From Acidobacteriota bacterium (GTDB lineage: Bacteria > Acidobacteriota > UBA6911 > RPQK01 > JAJDTT01), in assembly GCA_965217775.1 (NCBI GenBank), contig CBDCJH010000002.1, positions 5,376,001 to 5,440,000 of the forward strand: 64,000 bases of DNA. Direction: 5' to 3'. Made by a program: the position numbers and the translations under genes. The notes beneath the pieces are model-generated. The model searched no databases, was not told the DNA's origin, and saw only the letters and a list, made by a program, of their open reading frames with translations. Of this stretch, positions 29,306 through 39,193 are shown piece after piece. Position 1 is the first letter of the stretch. The number at the start of each line of letters is the position of its first letter.

Positions 29306-30223
29306 TCAGACCGCCGCGGTGATCCGGAGTTTGGGGACGTTCACCATCACCTTGGACCCGGGAGGAACGCTGGAGATGATCCAGACGTTTCCACCGATGA
29401 TGGAGTTGCGACCGATGACCGTGTTGCCTCCGAGAATGGTGGCCCCGGAATAGATCACCACGTTGTCCTCGATGGTGGGATGGCGCTTCTTCCCGCGGGC
29501 TGCGGCGGCCCCTTCGGGAAAGCTCAGCGCCCCCAGTGTCACACCCTGGTAGAGCTTGACGTTGTTTCCGATCTCGGTGGTCTCGCCGATGACGACGCCG
29601 GTCCCGTGGTCGATGAAGAAGCGGCGGCCGATGCGAGCGCCGGGGTGGATGTCGATACCCGTTTCGAGATGGGCATATTCGGTCATGATCCTGGGAATCA
29701 ACGGCACCTTGAACCGGGTCAACTCGTGGGCGACCCGGTAAACGCTGATGGCCTTCATGGCGGGATAGCTGAGAATGATCTCGTGGGTGCTCTTGGCCGC
29801 CGGATCGCCGTCCAGGGCAGCCTCCAGGTCCAGATCCAAGAGACGCCGGAGCCGCGGCAGGGTTTGGAGGAACTTCCGGCAGAGTTCTTCCGTACGCTCC
29901 TCCCTTCCGTCCAACTCGGTCCCGGATTCCAGGCGCAGTGCCTTGCGGATCTCGTGTGAGAGCCGACGGTACACCACCTCCACCAATTCGCCGAGGTACT
30001 GCTCCACGCCAGGTTCGGTGACCGATACGTGCCCGAAGTAGCCGGGGAAGAGGATCATTCGAATCTTTCCCAGGACCTCCACCACCACCCGTTCGTTGGG
30101 GAACGGCGTCTCCCCCAAGTGCTGGAGCTTCAGACGGCTGTCCCGGTAGGTGCCGGCGATCTCCTCGACGATCTTGGAAAGAGAGTGTCCACCTGGGGCG
30201 GCGCGGACAATTTTGGAACCCAT
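29306..30223 (-). CDS. cysE: Serine O-acetyltransferase (long EpsC type)
   Basis: [27 protein letters not shown] and KRHPT motifs. Confidence 0.92.
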   Translation of the reverse strand: MGSKIVRAAPGGHSLSKIVEEIAGTYRDSRLKLQHLGETPFPNERVVVEVLGKIRMILFPGYFGHVSVTEPGVEQYLGELVEVVYRRLSHEIRKALRLESGTELDGREERTEELCRKFLQTLPRLRRLLDLDLEAALDGDPAAKSTHEIILSYPAMKAISVYRVAHELTRFKVPLIPRIMTEYAHLETGIDIHPGARIGRRFFIDHGTGVVIGETTEIGNNVKLYQGVTLGALSFPEGAAAARGKKRHPTIEDNVVIYSGATILGGNTVIGRNSIIGGNVWIISSVPPGSKVMVNVPKLRITAAV

Positions 30224-30303
30224 GACCCTGAATCCTCGCCAACAGTTTACTACGGCGCCGCAATCGGTGTCAGGATGCGGTCTCCGCCCGGGTCGACCGC
30301 CGC

Positions 30304-30331
30304 GACGATTTTTGCCACGGGCTGCTATGAT
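30304..30331 (+). promoter_or_regulatory. MITE-like terminus overlapping extended -10 (TGCTATGAT) of acyl-CoA dehydrogenase
   Basis: GACGATTTTTGCCACGGGCTGCTA matches MITE end; TATGAT at 30326-30331 lies 7 nt before ATG 30339. Confidence 0.55.
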
Positions 30332-30338
30332 CCGATCC

Positions 30339-31505
30339 ATGTCCGAGTTCGGTTCGTCTCCGCCGCCCCTCACGGAACTGTCGGAATCTGAGATGCTGTT
30401 TCGAGACGCCGTCTCCGACTTTGCCCAGAGCGAGGTCCGGCCACTGGCCGCCGCCATGGATCGGGACGGAGCCTTCCGGCCCGAACTCCTGAAACAGTTC
30501 TTCCAACTGGACCTGATGGGGATCGAGATCCCCGCGTCTCTGGGTGGGGCCGGCGCCAGTTTCTTCATGTCGATTCTGGCGGTGGAGGCGCTGAGCCAGG
30601 CGGATGCCTCGGCCGGAGTCGTCGTGGACGTCCAGAACACCCTGGTCAACAACGCTCTGCTGCGATGGGGGACCCGGTCCCAAAAGGAGCGGTATCTGCC
30701 TCGCATGGCCTCGCGGTGGGTGGGCGCCTACGCCCTCTCCGAGGCGACCTCGGGCAGCGACGCCTTTACCATGGCCGCCCGGGCCTCCAGGCAGGGCGAC
30801 CGTTACCTTCTCAACGGGCAGAAGCTGTGGACCACGAATGCGGCGGAAGCCGATCTCTTCATCGTCTTCGCCAACGCAGCCCCCGAGAAGAGGTACAAGG
30901 GCATCACCGCCTTCCTGGTGGAGCGGGGGTTTTCCGGATTCCGCGTCGGGAAGAAGGAGGACAAGTTGGGCATTCGCGCCTCGTCCACCTGCGAGCTGAT
31001 CCTGGAGGATTGCGCCGTGCCTGCGGAAAACGTGCTGGGAGAAGAGGGTATCGGCTACAAGGTCGCCATCGAGACTCTGAATGAAGGCCGGATCGGAATC
31101 GGCGCCCAGATGATCGGCTTGGCCCGGGGGGCCCTGGACCATGCCGTGGCCTACTGTCGAGAGCGGGAGGCGTTCGGCAAGCCCATCGGCCAGTTCCAGG
31201 GGGTCCAGTTCTCGGTGGCGGAAATGGAGACGGAGCTGGAGGCGGCGAGACTCCTGGTCTACAACGCGGCACGGTTGAAGGGCGCGGGCAAGGCCTTTCT
31301 GAAGGAGGCGGCGATGGCGAAATACTTCAGCTCCAAGGTCGCCGAGAAGATCACGTCCCGGGCGATCGAGATTTTCGGAGGCTATGGCTACACTCGGGAT
31401 TATCCGGTGGAGAAGTATTTTCGGGACTCCAAGATCGGGTCCATCTACGAGGGCACGACCCACATGCAGCTCGCCACCATCGCCAAGCAGGTCCTCAACC
31501 CGTAG
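30339..31505 (+). CDS. Acyl-CoA dehydrogenase (short/branched-chain type)
   Basis: [29 protein letters not shown] and IYEGT motifs. Confidence 0.93.
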   Translation: MSEFGSSPPPLTELSESEMLFRDAVSDFAQSEVRPLAAAMDRDGAFRPELLKQFFQLDLMGIEIPASLGGAGASFFMSILAVEALSQADASAGVVVDVQNTLVNNALLRWGTRSQKERYLPRMASRWVGAYALSEATSGSDAFTMAARASRQGDRYLLNGQKLWTTNAAEADLFIVFANAAPEKRYKGITAFLVERGFSGFRVGKKEDKLGIRASSTCELILEDCAVPAENVLGEEGIGYKVAIETLNEGRIGIGAQMIGLARGALDHAVAYCREREAFGKPIGQFQGVQFSVAEMETELEAARLLVYNAARLKGAGKAFLKEAAMAKYFSSKVAEKITSRAIEIFGGYGYTRDYPVEKYFRDSKIGSIYEGTTHMQLATIAKQVLNP

Positions 31506-31535
31506 GGACCCCGCCCCGGGCTAGTCGTCATTTTC

Positions 31536-32633
31536 ATGGAAAAGCTGGAACTTCCGGTTCCCGTCGCCATTTTCTCCAGGGATCTGCTGCGCTGGTACCA
31601 GCGGCACCGGCGGGATCTTCCCTGGCGCCGCCGCTTGGAGCCCTATCCGGTCCTCTTGGCCGAGGTGATGCTCCAACAGACTCAGGTGAAGACCGTCGTT
31701 CCCTACTACCAGAGGTTCCTGAAACGCTATCCGACGCTGGAAGATCTGGCCGCAAGCGACGAGGAGGAAGTCCTTTCCCTCTGGTCCGGACTGGGATACT
31801 ACCGCCGGGCCCGAAATCTCCGCCGGGCGGCCCAGCAGATCCGTGACTGCCATGGCGGGGAGTTCCCTCGGACTTACGAGGAGATCATCCAGTTGCCTGG
31901 AGTCGGCCGGTATACGGCGGGAGCCGTCCTCTCCATCGCCTGCGGACAGCCCCTGCCCATCCTGGACGGCAACATCCGAAGGCTCTTCGCCCGTTACCTC
32001 AAAATGGACGGCCTCTCCGCTGGAGACGATTCCCCCCCACTGTGGGACCTCCTGACGCGCATCAGCCGTTATGCGGCGGCGCGGAAGGAAGTCTCCGATC
32101 TGAATCAGGCACTCATGGAATTGGGTGCCCTGGTCTGCACGCCACGTTCGCCGAGTTGCGGGCGTTGTCCGCTGGAGGGGAGTTGTCTTGGATTACGGGC
32201 CGGAGTGCAGGAGAAGCTTCCCCTTCCCCGCGCTCGCCGTGCTGTGCGGAGGCTGAGCTACGCGGTGGCAGTGGTCTGTCACCAGGACCGATTCCTTTTG
32301 GCTCGGAACCGGGAAAGTGAATTCCTAAAGGGGATGTGGGAGTTTCCCCGGGTCCGGGTCAAGGACCGGGAACGGGACCTGAGCCCCGAAATGCTGGAAG
32401 GGGCCTTCCAGCGCAAGCTCGGCTTGTCGCTTACCGTATACGGCTTACTGAAGCCGGTTCGTCATCAGATCACCTTTCGGCGTCTCACCTTTCATCCGAC
32501 AGTGGCCACGCTCCGGACGGCCACCCCTCCATCCGGGCTGGTGTGGGCCGATCCCGGCGGTGAGCGTTCCCTTCCGATCCCCTCGTACGTGGCCAAGATT
32601 GCACGACTCTACCGCCGGAATCACGACGGTTGA
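31536..32633 (+). CDS. mutY: A/G-specific adenine glycosylase
   Basis: RDLPWR, EVMLQQTQV, W.GLGYY.RARN, LPGVGRYTA and Fe-S cysteine cluster. Confidence 0.96.
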   Translation: MEKLELPVPVAIFSRDLLRWYQRHRRDLPWRRRLEPYPVLLAEVMLQQTQVKTVVPYYQRFLKRYPTLEDLAASDEEEVLSLWSGLGYYRRARNLRRAAQQIRDCHGGEFPRTYEEIIQLPGVGRYTAGAVLSIACGQPLPILDGNIRRLFARYLKMDGLSAGDDSPPLWDLLTRISRYAAARKEVSDLNQALMELGALVCTPRSPSCGRCPLEGSCLGLRAGVQEKLPLPRARRAVRRLSYAVAVVCHQDRFLLARNRESEFLKGMWEFPRVRVKDRERDLSPEMLEGAFQRKLGLSLTVYGLLKPVRHQITFRRLTFHPTVATLRTATPPSGLVWADPGGERSLPIPSYVAKIARLYRRNHDG

Positions 32634-32683
32634 TCCCGATTTTGAAATCCGGGACCAGGAACTTCCACGGGCCTCTACCACCC

Positions 32684-34837
32684 TCAGTTCAGGCCGCGGC
32701 GGACCAGCAACGACGCCGCGTCCGGGTCCCGGCCCCGGAAGGCCCGGTAGAGAGCCATCGCCTCCCGGCTACCTCCTTTCGACAGGATCATCCGGCGGAA
32801 GCGATCTCCGTTCTCCCGTGTCAATCCGCCATTCTCCTTGAACCATTCGACGGTATCGGCGTCCAGCACCTCGCTCCAGATATACGAGTAATATCCCGCC
32901 GAGTAGCCGCCGCTCCAGATGTGCGAAAAGTAGGTGCTGCGGTAACGCGGCGGCACCGCATCGAGCGCGACGCCGGCCTCAGCCAGCACGGCCTTCTCGA
33001 AATCGGTCACACCCTCGGCATCGGGCGATTCCCCGGCCGTCAACTGGTGCCACGCCTGGTCCAGCAGAGAGGCGGCCAGGTACTCGGTCGTGGCGAATCC
33101 CTGGTTGAATCTCTCGGCGGCCAACATCTTTTCCACCAGTTCCATGGGCATCGGCTCCCCGGTCTGGTGATGGACGGCGTAGTTCTTCACCACTTCCGGC
33201 CACGTGGCCCACATTTCGTTGATCTGCGACGGGAATTCGACGAAGTCGCGAGGCACGGAGGTTCCGGAGAAATAGGGGTAGCGCACTGAAGAGAATATGG
33301 CGTGGAGGGCGTGGCCGAACTCGTGAAACAGCGTCTCCACCTCATCGAAGGTCAGCAGTGTCGGCTCCCCGGCGGGAGGCTTCGGGACGTTCAAGTAGTT
33401 GGCGACCACCGGCCTGGTCCCCAGCAGCTTCGACTGGGATACGAACGAGCTCATCCAGGCGCCGCCCTGCTTGGAGGGACGGGCATGGAGGTCGACCAGA
33501 AACAGAGCCAACGGCTGAGCCCCGGCGTCAAGCACGTCGAACACCCTCACCTCCGGGTGATGTGTGGGGAGATCGGTTCTCTCCCGAAGGCTCATCCCGT
33601 AAAGTCGGTTCGCCGCGTAGAAAACGCCCTTTTGCAAGACGTTGTCGAGCTCGAAGTAGGGTCGAAGCTGAGCTGCGTCAAAGGCGTATCGTTCCCTGCG
33701 CACCTTCTCCGCGTAATAGGCCCAATCCCATGCGGCCAGCGGATGGCTTTCGCCGTCGCCGTCGATCATGGCCTGCAACTCCCGAGCCTCCCGCGAAGCA
33801 TTGGCAGCCGCTGCCGCCGCCAGTTTGGAGAGGAACCGGTTGACCGCCTCGACGGTCTTCGCCGTCTGCCGTTCCAGGCTGTAAGCGGCATGGTTGGGAT
33901 AGCCGAGGAGCAGCGCCCGTTCCGCCCGAAGCTTGGCGGAGCGGGCCACGATGCCTCGATTGTCGAACTGGCCGCCCCGTCTGCCGCGGGCCTGAGACGC
34001 CTCCATGATCCGTTTCCGCATCGCGCGATCCCGTATCCACGTCAATGGCGGCTGACCACTGGTGTTCCGGAGCGCAACCAGGAACTTCCCCTTCAGGTCT
34101 CGGGCCGCCGCCGCGGCCGACGCCGCTTCGATTTCGTTCTCCGACAGTCCGTCCAGTTGCCCGCGGGAGGCGACGACAACGGCCGACGCGTTGACCTCGG
34201 AAAGCAGGTTCTGGCTGAAACGTGTCTGCAGGCTGGCCAACTCCACGTTGATCTCCTGGAGTCGAGCCTTGTGGGCGTCCGAGAGCCGCGCTCCCGCTCG
34301 CACGAAATCGATGTAGTACTCCTTGATCAGCCGCCGCGACTCGTCATCGATATCCAGCGTCCGCCGCCGGCCGTACAAGTCCCGGACCCGCTCGAAGAGC
34401 TTGAGGTTCAGCAATATGCGGTCTCTGTGGGCGGAAAGCTTCGGAGCCATCTCGCTCCGGATCTCCTCCAGCTTGTCGTTGGTGTGGGCGGCAACCAGAT
34501 TGAAGAAGACACTTCTGACCCGTCTGAGCATCCGGCCGGAACGCTCGAGCGCAACCAAAGTGTTTTCGAAGGTGGGAGGCTCCGCCTGGTTGGCGATGGC
34601 AATCACCTGGTCCAGGTGCCGGGCCATTCCCTGCTCGAAGGCGGGCCGGTAGTCTTCCTCGTCGATCCGATCGAACTGTGGATATTCGAAGGGGTATGGA
34701 CTCTCGCTGAGGAACGGGTTCTCATCCATGGTAATCGTAGTCTCATCCTTGGTCATTTCGGTCTCCGAAAGCGAGCACGAGGTGAGCAGCACCACCAGCG
34801 CCGCGGCAATTCCAACCTGGGATCTTCCCAGCCCCAT
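32684..34837 (-). CDS. dcp: M3 peptidyl-dipeptidase Dcp-like (possible lipoprotein)
   Basis: FHEFGHALH, RDFVEFPSQ and GGYSAGYYSY.W motifs; LLTSC lipobox-like sequence. Confidence 0.92.
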   Translation of the reverse strand: MGLGRSQVGIAAALVVLLTSCSLSETEMTKDETTITMDENPFLSESPYPFEYPQFDRIDEEDYRPAFEQGMARHLDQVIAIANQAEPPTFENTLVALERSGRMLRRVRSVFFNLVAAHTNDKLEEIRSEMAPKLSAHRDRILLNLKLFERVRDLYGRRRTLDIDDESRRLIKEYYIDFVRAGARLSDAHKARLQEINVELASLQTRFSQNLLSEVNASAVVVASRGQLDGLSENEIEAASAAAAARDLKGKFLVALRNTSGQPPLTWIRDRAMRKRIMEASQARGRRGGQFDNRGIVARSAKLRAERALLLGYPNHAAYSLERQTAKTVEAVNRFLSKLAAAAAANASREARELQAMIDGDGESHPLAAWDWAYYAEKVRRERYAFDAAQLRPYFELDNVLQKGVFYAANRLYGMSLRERTDLPTHHPEVRVFDVLDAGAQPLALFLVDLHARPSKQGGAWMSSFVSQSKLLGTRPVVANYLNVPKPPAGEPTLLTFDEVETLFHEFGHALHAIFSSVRYPYFSGTSVPRDFVEFPSQINEMWATWPEVVKNYAVHHQTGEPMPMELVEKMLAAERFNQGFATTEYLAASLLDQAWHQLTAGESPDAEGVTDFEKAVLAEAGVALDAVPPRYRSTYFSHIWSGGYSAGYYSYIWSEVLDADTVEWFKENGGLTRENGDRFRRMILSKGGSREAMALYRAFRGRDPDAASLLVRRGLN

Positions 34838-35006
34838 CGCGGTAATGCTACCGCAGGGTTGATCCCGGCTACACCAGGGGAGGCCGGAGGCGGTTCCCGA
34901 AGATTGGTTGGATGCCAGGAGAGAAGCTTGACAACCACTGGATCAGGAACGGAATTACAGGAATTTCATTGATATCAGGATTGAATTACCTGTAATTTCG
35001 TTTTCC

Positions 35007-35120
35007 ATGCGAACGAAAATACAGAGATTTCAGTGGCTCACCACCCGCCTGCCAACTGGGGACGAGCGCCGCCTGGTGGTTCTGGCCGGAGAGCGCCAAA
35101 CTGGAAAAACGACCCTGGAC
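35007..35120 (+). pseudogene. N-terminal remnant of AAA_14-type ATPase
   Basis: LVVLAGERQTGKTTL Walker-A-like motif, after which similarity stops; AT-rich upstream region. Confidence 0.6.
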
Positions 35121-35200
35121 CGGAATTCCCGGACCCGGATGATTTTCAAGAGGCCGGCACGATGTCAGCAACCGGCTGGTAAAATGGTGCGGAAACACGA

Positions 35201-36199
35201 ATGTCGGCCCAAATGACCTTTCTTCGAGTCGGTGCACTATCGCGACCGTTCCTCTTTAGCGCGCTCTGCTCGGTCGGTTTGCTTCTGGTTTGTATTGCGC
35301 TCGAAGCCCAGCGCCGGGGTCCGCCCCGGCGGCTGGAGAACCCGGTTGACCTCACACTCCCCAACAAATCCCGAGTCGAGTTTCGAAGCTTTCGCTCCTC
35401 CGCCCTGGGGATGAACGCGAACTACAGCGTCCTGCTCCCGCCGAGCTACGACGAGCGATCGGACAGGAAGTATCCCATCGTCTACTTTCTGCATGGATTG
35501 AACAACGACCACACGAGTTGGGCGACCCCTCGCTACGGGGATCTTCCGGCCCGCATCGACCTCCTGATGAGCCAGGGGAAGCTACCCCATTTCGTCATGG
35601 TCCATCCCGACGGCCAGAACAGTCTCTACACCGATTCTCCCGACGGGACCGGGAACTACGAGACCTACATTCGCGGCGATCTGTTGCAGGAGATACAGGG
35701 GCGATACAGGATTCGAACCGATGCCGAGGGCCGCGCCATCGGAGGCGTCTCCATGGGAGCGTACGGGGCTCTCAAGATCGCCATGAAGCACTCCGGACTC
35801 TATGCCTCGGCCGCCGGCGTCTCTCCCATCGTTTTTCTGGGCGAGGACCCCTTCGAAGGCCTCCGTTCCAACCCGTCCCGCAGATCCACCTACTTCCTGC
35901 GTCTGGTGGAAAAGGCCTTCGGTGACCCGATGAACCAGGACTACTGGAAACGGAACAGCCTGGAAGAACTGGCCCGAAGCGCCTCCTTGACCGGCTTGAA
36001 TCTCTACTTCTCCTACGGCACCGCCGACCGCTACAACCGGCTCTTCCCCATGGAGCATGGTGTCAAATCGCTGGCGCGGATTTTGGAAGAGCGGGGGATC
36101 TCCCACCAGTGCATGATCTTCGAGGGAGAGCCGCACGGGTGGGAACTGGTAGCGGGCCATCTGGAGGAAACGCTTGCGTTCCTGACCCAGACGTTCTGA
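35201..36199 (+). CDS. Secreted esterase (alpha/beta hydrolase)
   Basis: YPIVYFLHG, GVSMG nucleophile elbow and C-terminal HGW. Confidence 0.88.
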   Translation: MSAQMTFLRVGALSRPFLFSALCSVGLLLVCIALEAQRRGPPRRLENPVDLTLPNKSRVEFRSFRSSALGMNANYSVLLPPSYDERSDRKYPIVYFLHGLNNDHTSWATPRYGDLPARIDLLMSQGKLPHFVMVHPDGQNSLYTDSPDGTGNYETYIRGDLLQEIQGRYRIRTDAEGRAIGGVSMGAYGALKIAMKHSGLYASAAGVSPIVFLGEDPFEGLRSNPSRRSTYFLRLVEKAFGDPMNQDYWKRNSLEELARSASLTGLNLYFSYGTADRYNRLFPMEHGVKSLARILEERGISHQCMIFEGEPHGWELVAGHLEETLAFLTQTF

Positions 36200-36220
36200 G
36201 AAAATCGGGAAATTAGAAAC

Positions 36221-36246
36221 GTAGGGGCATCCCTTGTGGGTGCCCT
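36221..36246. repeat. GTAG-type REP palindrome
   Basis: GTAGGGGCATCCCTTGTGGGTGCCCT between convergent genes. Confidence 0.75.
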
Positions 36247-36307
36247 CTTTCGTCCCCACCTCAACTTCGCCCGACGCCGCGCGCAGGTAGAGCTTCCTGG
36301 TCGGCCG

Positions 36308-37351
36308 TCAGGACGGATCGCGGCCCAGCCGAAGCACCACCTTTCCGAACTGGCGTTGAGACTGCAGGTGCTCCAGGGCAGCGGAGGCATCTTCGAAGTC
36401 GAAGATCCGATCGATACAGGGGAGGAGTGTTCTCCGGCCCAAGAGACGTACGATCTCGGAAAACTCTTGCTGGTTTCCCATCGTGGAGCCGAGAATATCG
36501 ATCTGTTTCCAGAAGATGAGGCGGATCTCGGTGGCCGGATTGGGTCCGGTGGTGGCCCCGCAGGTCACGATCCTTCCCCCCTTTCGGACCATCTTGAGGC
36601 TCTGAAGCCAAGTCGAGGCGCCCGGGCCCTCCACCACCAGATCGACGCCACGCCGATTCGTTTTCCGGTAGACCTCCCTGGCCACGTCGCATTGGGTGTA
36701 GTCGTAGCAGAAATCGGCCCCCAGGCGGCGAGCCAGATCGAGCTTTTCCGGTGACGAGGAACTGACCCAGATCCGCGCCCCCGACAGCTTGGCGATGGCC
36801 AGGGCGGCGGTGGCGACGCCTCCCCCGATCCCGTGTATGAAAACGTCCTCCCCCGGTCTGAGCCGGCCCCGGGTGCAGACCATTCTCCAGGCGGTCAGAT
36901 TCACCAGCGAGAAAGCCGCCGCCTCCTCGAAGGTCACGCCATCGGGAATCCGGGCCAGATTGCGGGCGGGGGCCGAAAAAAATTCGGAATAGATCCCGGG
37001 CCCGTGCTCTCCCACCAGACCGTAGCGGACACAGAGGCTCTGTTCGCCGGCCTGGCAGAACTCGCATTCCGTACACCAGATCCCGGGATTGAGCATGACC
37101 CGGTCCCCGACTTGAAGCCCCTCCACCCCCGCGCCCAGGCGGCGGACCACTCCGGCGGCATCCGAGCCCAAGACGTGAGGCATTTGTTGCTTGATGCCCG
37201 GGATGCCCTCCACGACGAACAGGTCCAGATGGTTCAGGGCCGCGGCACGGGTCTCCACGAGCACCTCGCCTCCCCTGAGCCGGGGGGTGGGGATATCTTC
37301 AATGCGGACCTGGTCCAAAGTTCCATGTTGATGGATCAAGACGGCTTTCAT
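36308..37351 (-). CDS. Zinc-binding medium-chain dehydrogenase/reductase
   Basis: ALNHLD, LGSDAAG, C..C..C...C structural Zn site and HGIGGGVA. Confidence 0.9.
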   Translation of the reverse strand: MKAVLIHQHGTLDQVRIEDIPTPRLRGGEVLVETRAAALNHLDLFVVEGIPGIKQQMPHVLGSDAAGVVRRLGAGVEGLQVGDRVMLNPGIWCTECEFCQAGEQSLCVRYGLVGEHGPGIYSEFFSAPARNLARIPDGVTFEEAAAFSLVNLTAWRMVCTRGRLRPGEDVFIHGIGGGVATAALAIAKLSGARIWVSSSSPEKLDLARRLGADFCYDYTQCDVAREVYRKTNRRGVDLVVEGPGASTWLQSLKMVRKGGRIVTCGATTGPNPATEIRLIFWKQIDILGSTMGNQQEFSEIVRLLGRRTLLPCIDRIFDFEDASAALEHLQSQRQFGKVVLRLGRDPS

Positions 37352-37372
37352 GAGATCGATTTCCTGCAGAGG

Positions 37373-38200
37373 TCAGGGGTGATAGTAAGGTTTTCGCAGC
37401 AGACGGGCCTTGGTCTCGTCGGCCGCCACCCTCCGCATCAATTCGGGAGACGCCTCGCAACCCGGCAAGTCCACCATGTAGGAGGGACCGTACTGATACA
37501 GCAGCCAGAGTTTCGATTCGGTCCGGGAACTCTTCATGCAGTGGGAAATGCTCTCGCTGAAGATCACGGCGGAGCCCGCAGCCAGTGGGAGATCCTTCAG
37601 GGCCGCAACGCTCTCGGGAGGACGCCGTCCGTAGGGGTGCGGGAAATTGCTCTTGTGACTGGAAGGAATAACGGAAAAGGCACCGTCTCCGCTCGCGGTG
37701 TCGTTGAGGGCAATGAGACACGAGACCAGCAGGCAGCGGAACTCGCCGTCGATGAAACAGCGGTAGCGGGTGTAGCGGCGGGGGTCGGCGAGGCCGCCCT
37801 GAGAGACATGTCCCAAGATTCCGGGTTTGCGAGCGATGGCCCGGGACGAGACCAGGCGAATCTGATCTCCCCAGATGAGCTGCTGCATGGCCTGGACCAG
37901 CCGCCCGTGGACGCACGCCTGTTCCAGCATCCCGCCGCACTCGACGACGTTGAGAAGCTCGGTCTCGGGGCCGTTGCGGCGGAGAGTCACATGTTCCAAA
38001 GGATTGACCTGACTTACCTGCAACTGGTGTGAGGCCTCGCGGACCTGCCCGGCGCTCAGGAAGTCCTCCAGGATCAGGTAGCCCGTGATGTCGAAACCGT
38101 ATCGCTCTTCGTCCGTCAGGTACTCGATCCCGGTCCCGGTCTGAAAGGGCCGGATGCTCTTCTCTTCTTCTCTCTGCTGGTAGAGCCTCTTTTCGACCAT
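37373..38200 (-). CDS. PhyH-family Fe(II)/2OG oxygenase homolog with degenerate iron motif
   Basis: FD..GYL, IALND..GDGAFSVIPSSHK and IFSESISH; SQG where HxD is expected. Confidence 0.8.
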   Translation of the reverse strand: MVEKRLYQQREEEKSIRPFQTGTGIEYLTDEERYGFDITGYLILEDFLSAGQVREASHQLQVSQVNPLEHVTLRRNGPETELLNVVECGGMLEQACVHGRLVQAMQQLIWGDQIRLVSSRAIARKPGILGHVSQGGLADPRRYTRYRCFIDGEFRCLLVSCLIALNDTASGDGAFSVIPSSHKSNFPHPYGRRPPESVAALKDLPLAAGSAVIFSESISHCMKSSRTESKLWLLYQYGPSYMVDLPGCEASPELMRRVAADETKARLLRKPYYHP

Positions 38201-38214
38201 GAAGTCCCGTTCTG

Positions 38215-39042
38215 CTACCCGGATTCGGACGCGCGAAAGGGAGAAAGATTGAAGCCCGGCGCCGAATCGAAGGGCGGCGGTCCCTGCACCAGTTCCAGTT
38301 GCCGTGGCGTGGCCCGCTCCTCGAAACCGGTCGCGGTCTCGATCTGATCGTCCCAGGCCGCCTGGAACGAGGGTGCGTAGGAAGCGAAGATGGTGCGCCG
38401 GATCTTCCGGCTCCGATTCATGACGGCGCCGTGAGTCAGGTCCTCGGAGAAGATGACGGCGTCGCCCGCCCGGCAGGGACAGGTCTGAACCAGGGGATGG
38501 TTCTCATCGGGATTCTCCAGGTGGAGGGGACTCGCGTAGTTCCCCTTGTGACTTCCCGGAATCACGGTAAACGCCCCCTCGTGCACGTCCACGTCCGTCA
38601 GGGCGTAGCCCACCTTGACGCTCACGCATTCGAAACGGCTCCGGTTGTAGGCGAATTCGCTGTAGGAGAGGAGCTCCGAGTAACCGTGGTGAAAGACGGT
38701 GGCTCGGCCGGGGCAACGGGACAGGAGGTGCAGAGCGTCAAGCCGGATCGGGACCGAGATCATGGCCTCCATGTAGGGCAGCACCGCGGGCCAATCGATG
38801 AGTCGCTCGAAGACTCCCCCGGATTTGAGCAGGGTGCAGGAATAATCGCGGCACCCGGTAGAACCGTCCGGTTCGTCCGGGTAGTAGCTCCGGGTCAGCC
38901 CGCTGGCGCGGATCTCGTTGTCGGACAGGGCTTCCATCTGGTCCAGCTCCCCGTTCAACTCGTCCACGAGACTCGGTGGGAGAACTCCCCGCAAAATGAG
39001 GTAGCCATTCAGGTCAAAGAGATAGGTCTCTTCAGGGGTCAT
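38215..39042 (-). CDS. PhyH-family Fe(II)/2OG enzyme with HxG motif
   Basis: FDLNGYL, FHHG, YALTD..GAFTVIPGSHK, IFSEDLTHG and RRT motifs. Confidence 0.85.
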   Translation of the reverse strand: MTPEETYLFDLNGYLILRGVLPPSLVDELNGELDQMEALSDNEIRASGLTRSYYPDEPDGSTGCRDYSCTLLKSGGVFERLIDWPAVLPYMEAMISVPIRLDALHLLSRCPGRATVFHHGYSELLSYSEFAYNRSRFECVSVKVGYALTDVDVHEGAFTVIPGSHKGNYASPLHLENPDENHPLVQTCPCRAGDAVIFSEDLTHGAVMNRSRKIRRTIFASYAPSFQAAWDDQIETATGFEERATPRQLELVQGPPPFDSAPGFNLSPFRASESG

Positions 39043-39193
39043 TCCGGCAATTCTCCAGTCTGGATCGGGAATAGGATTCTGGCCATGGTCACCGCTGGGG
39101 TGTCTCCAACGACCGGATTCTAACACTTCCTATCCTGCTAATTCCCAAGCTTCGATCGGGCCAGGTCAACGACCCGGTTAGAATGGGCGCGGC

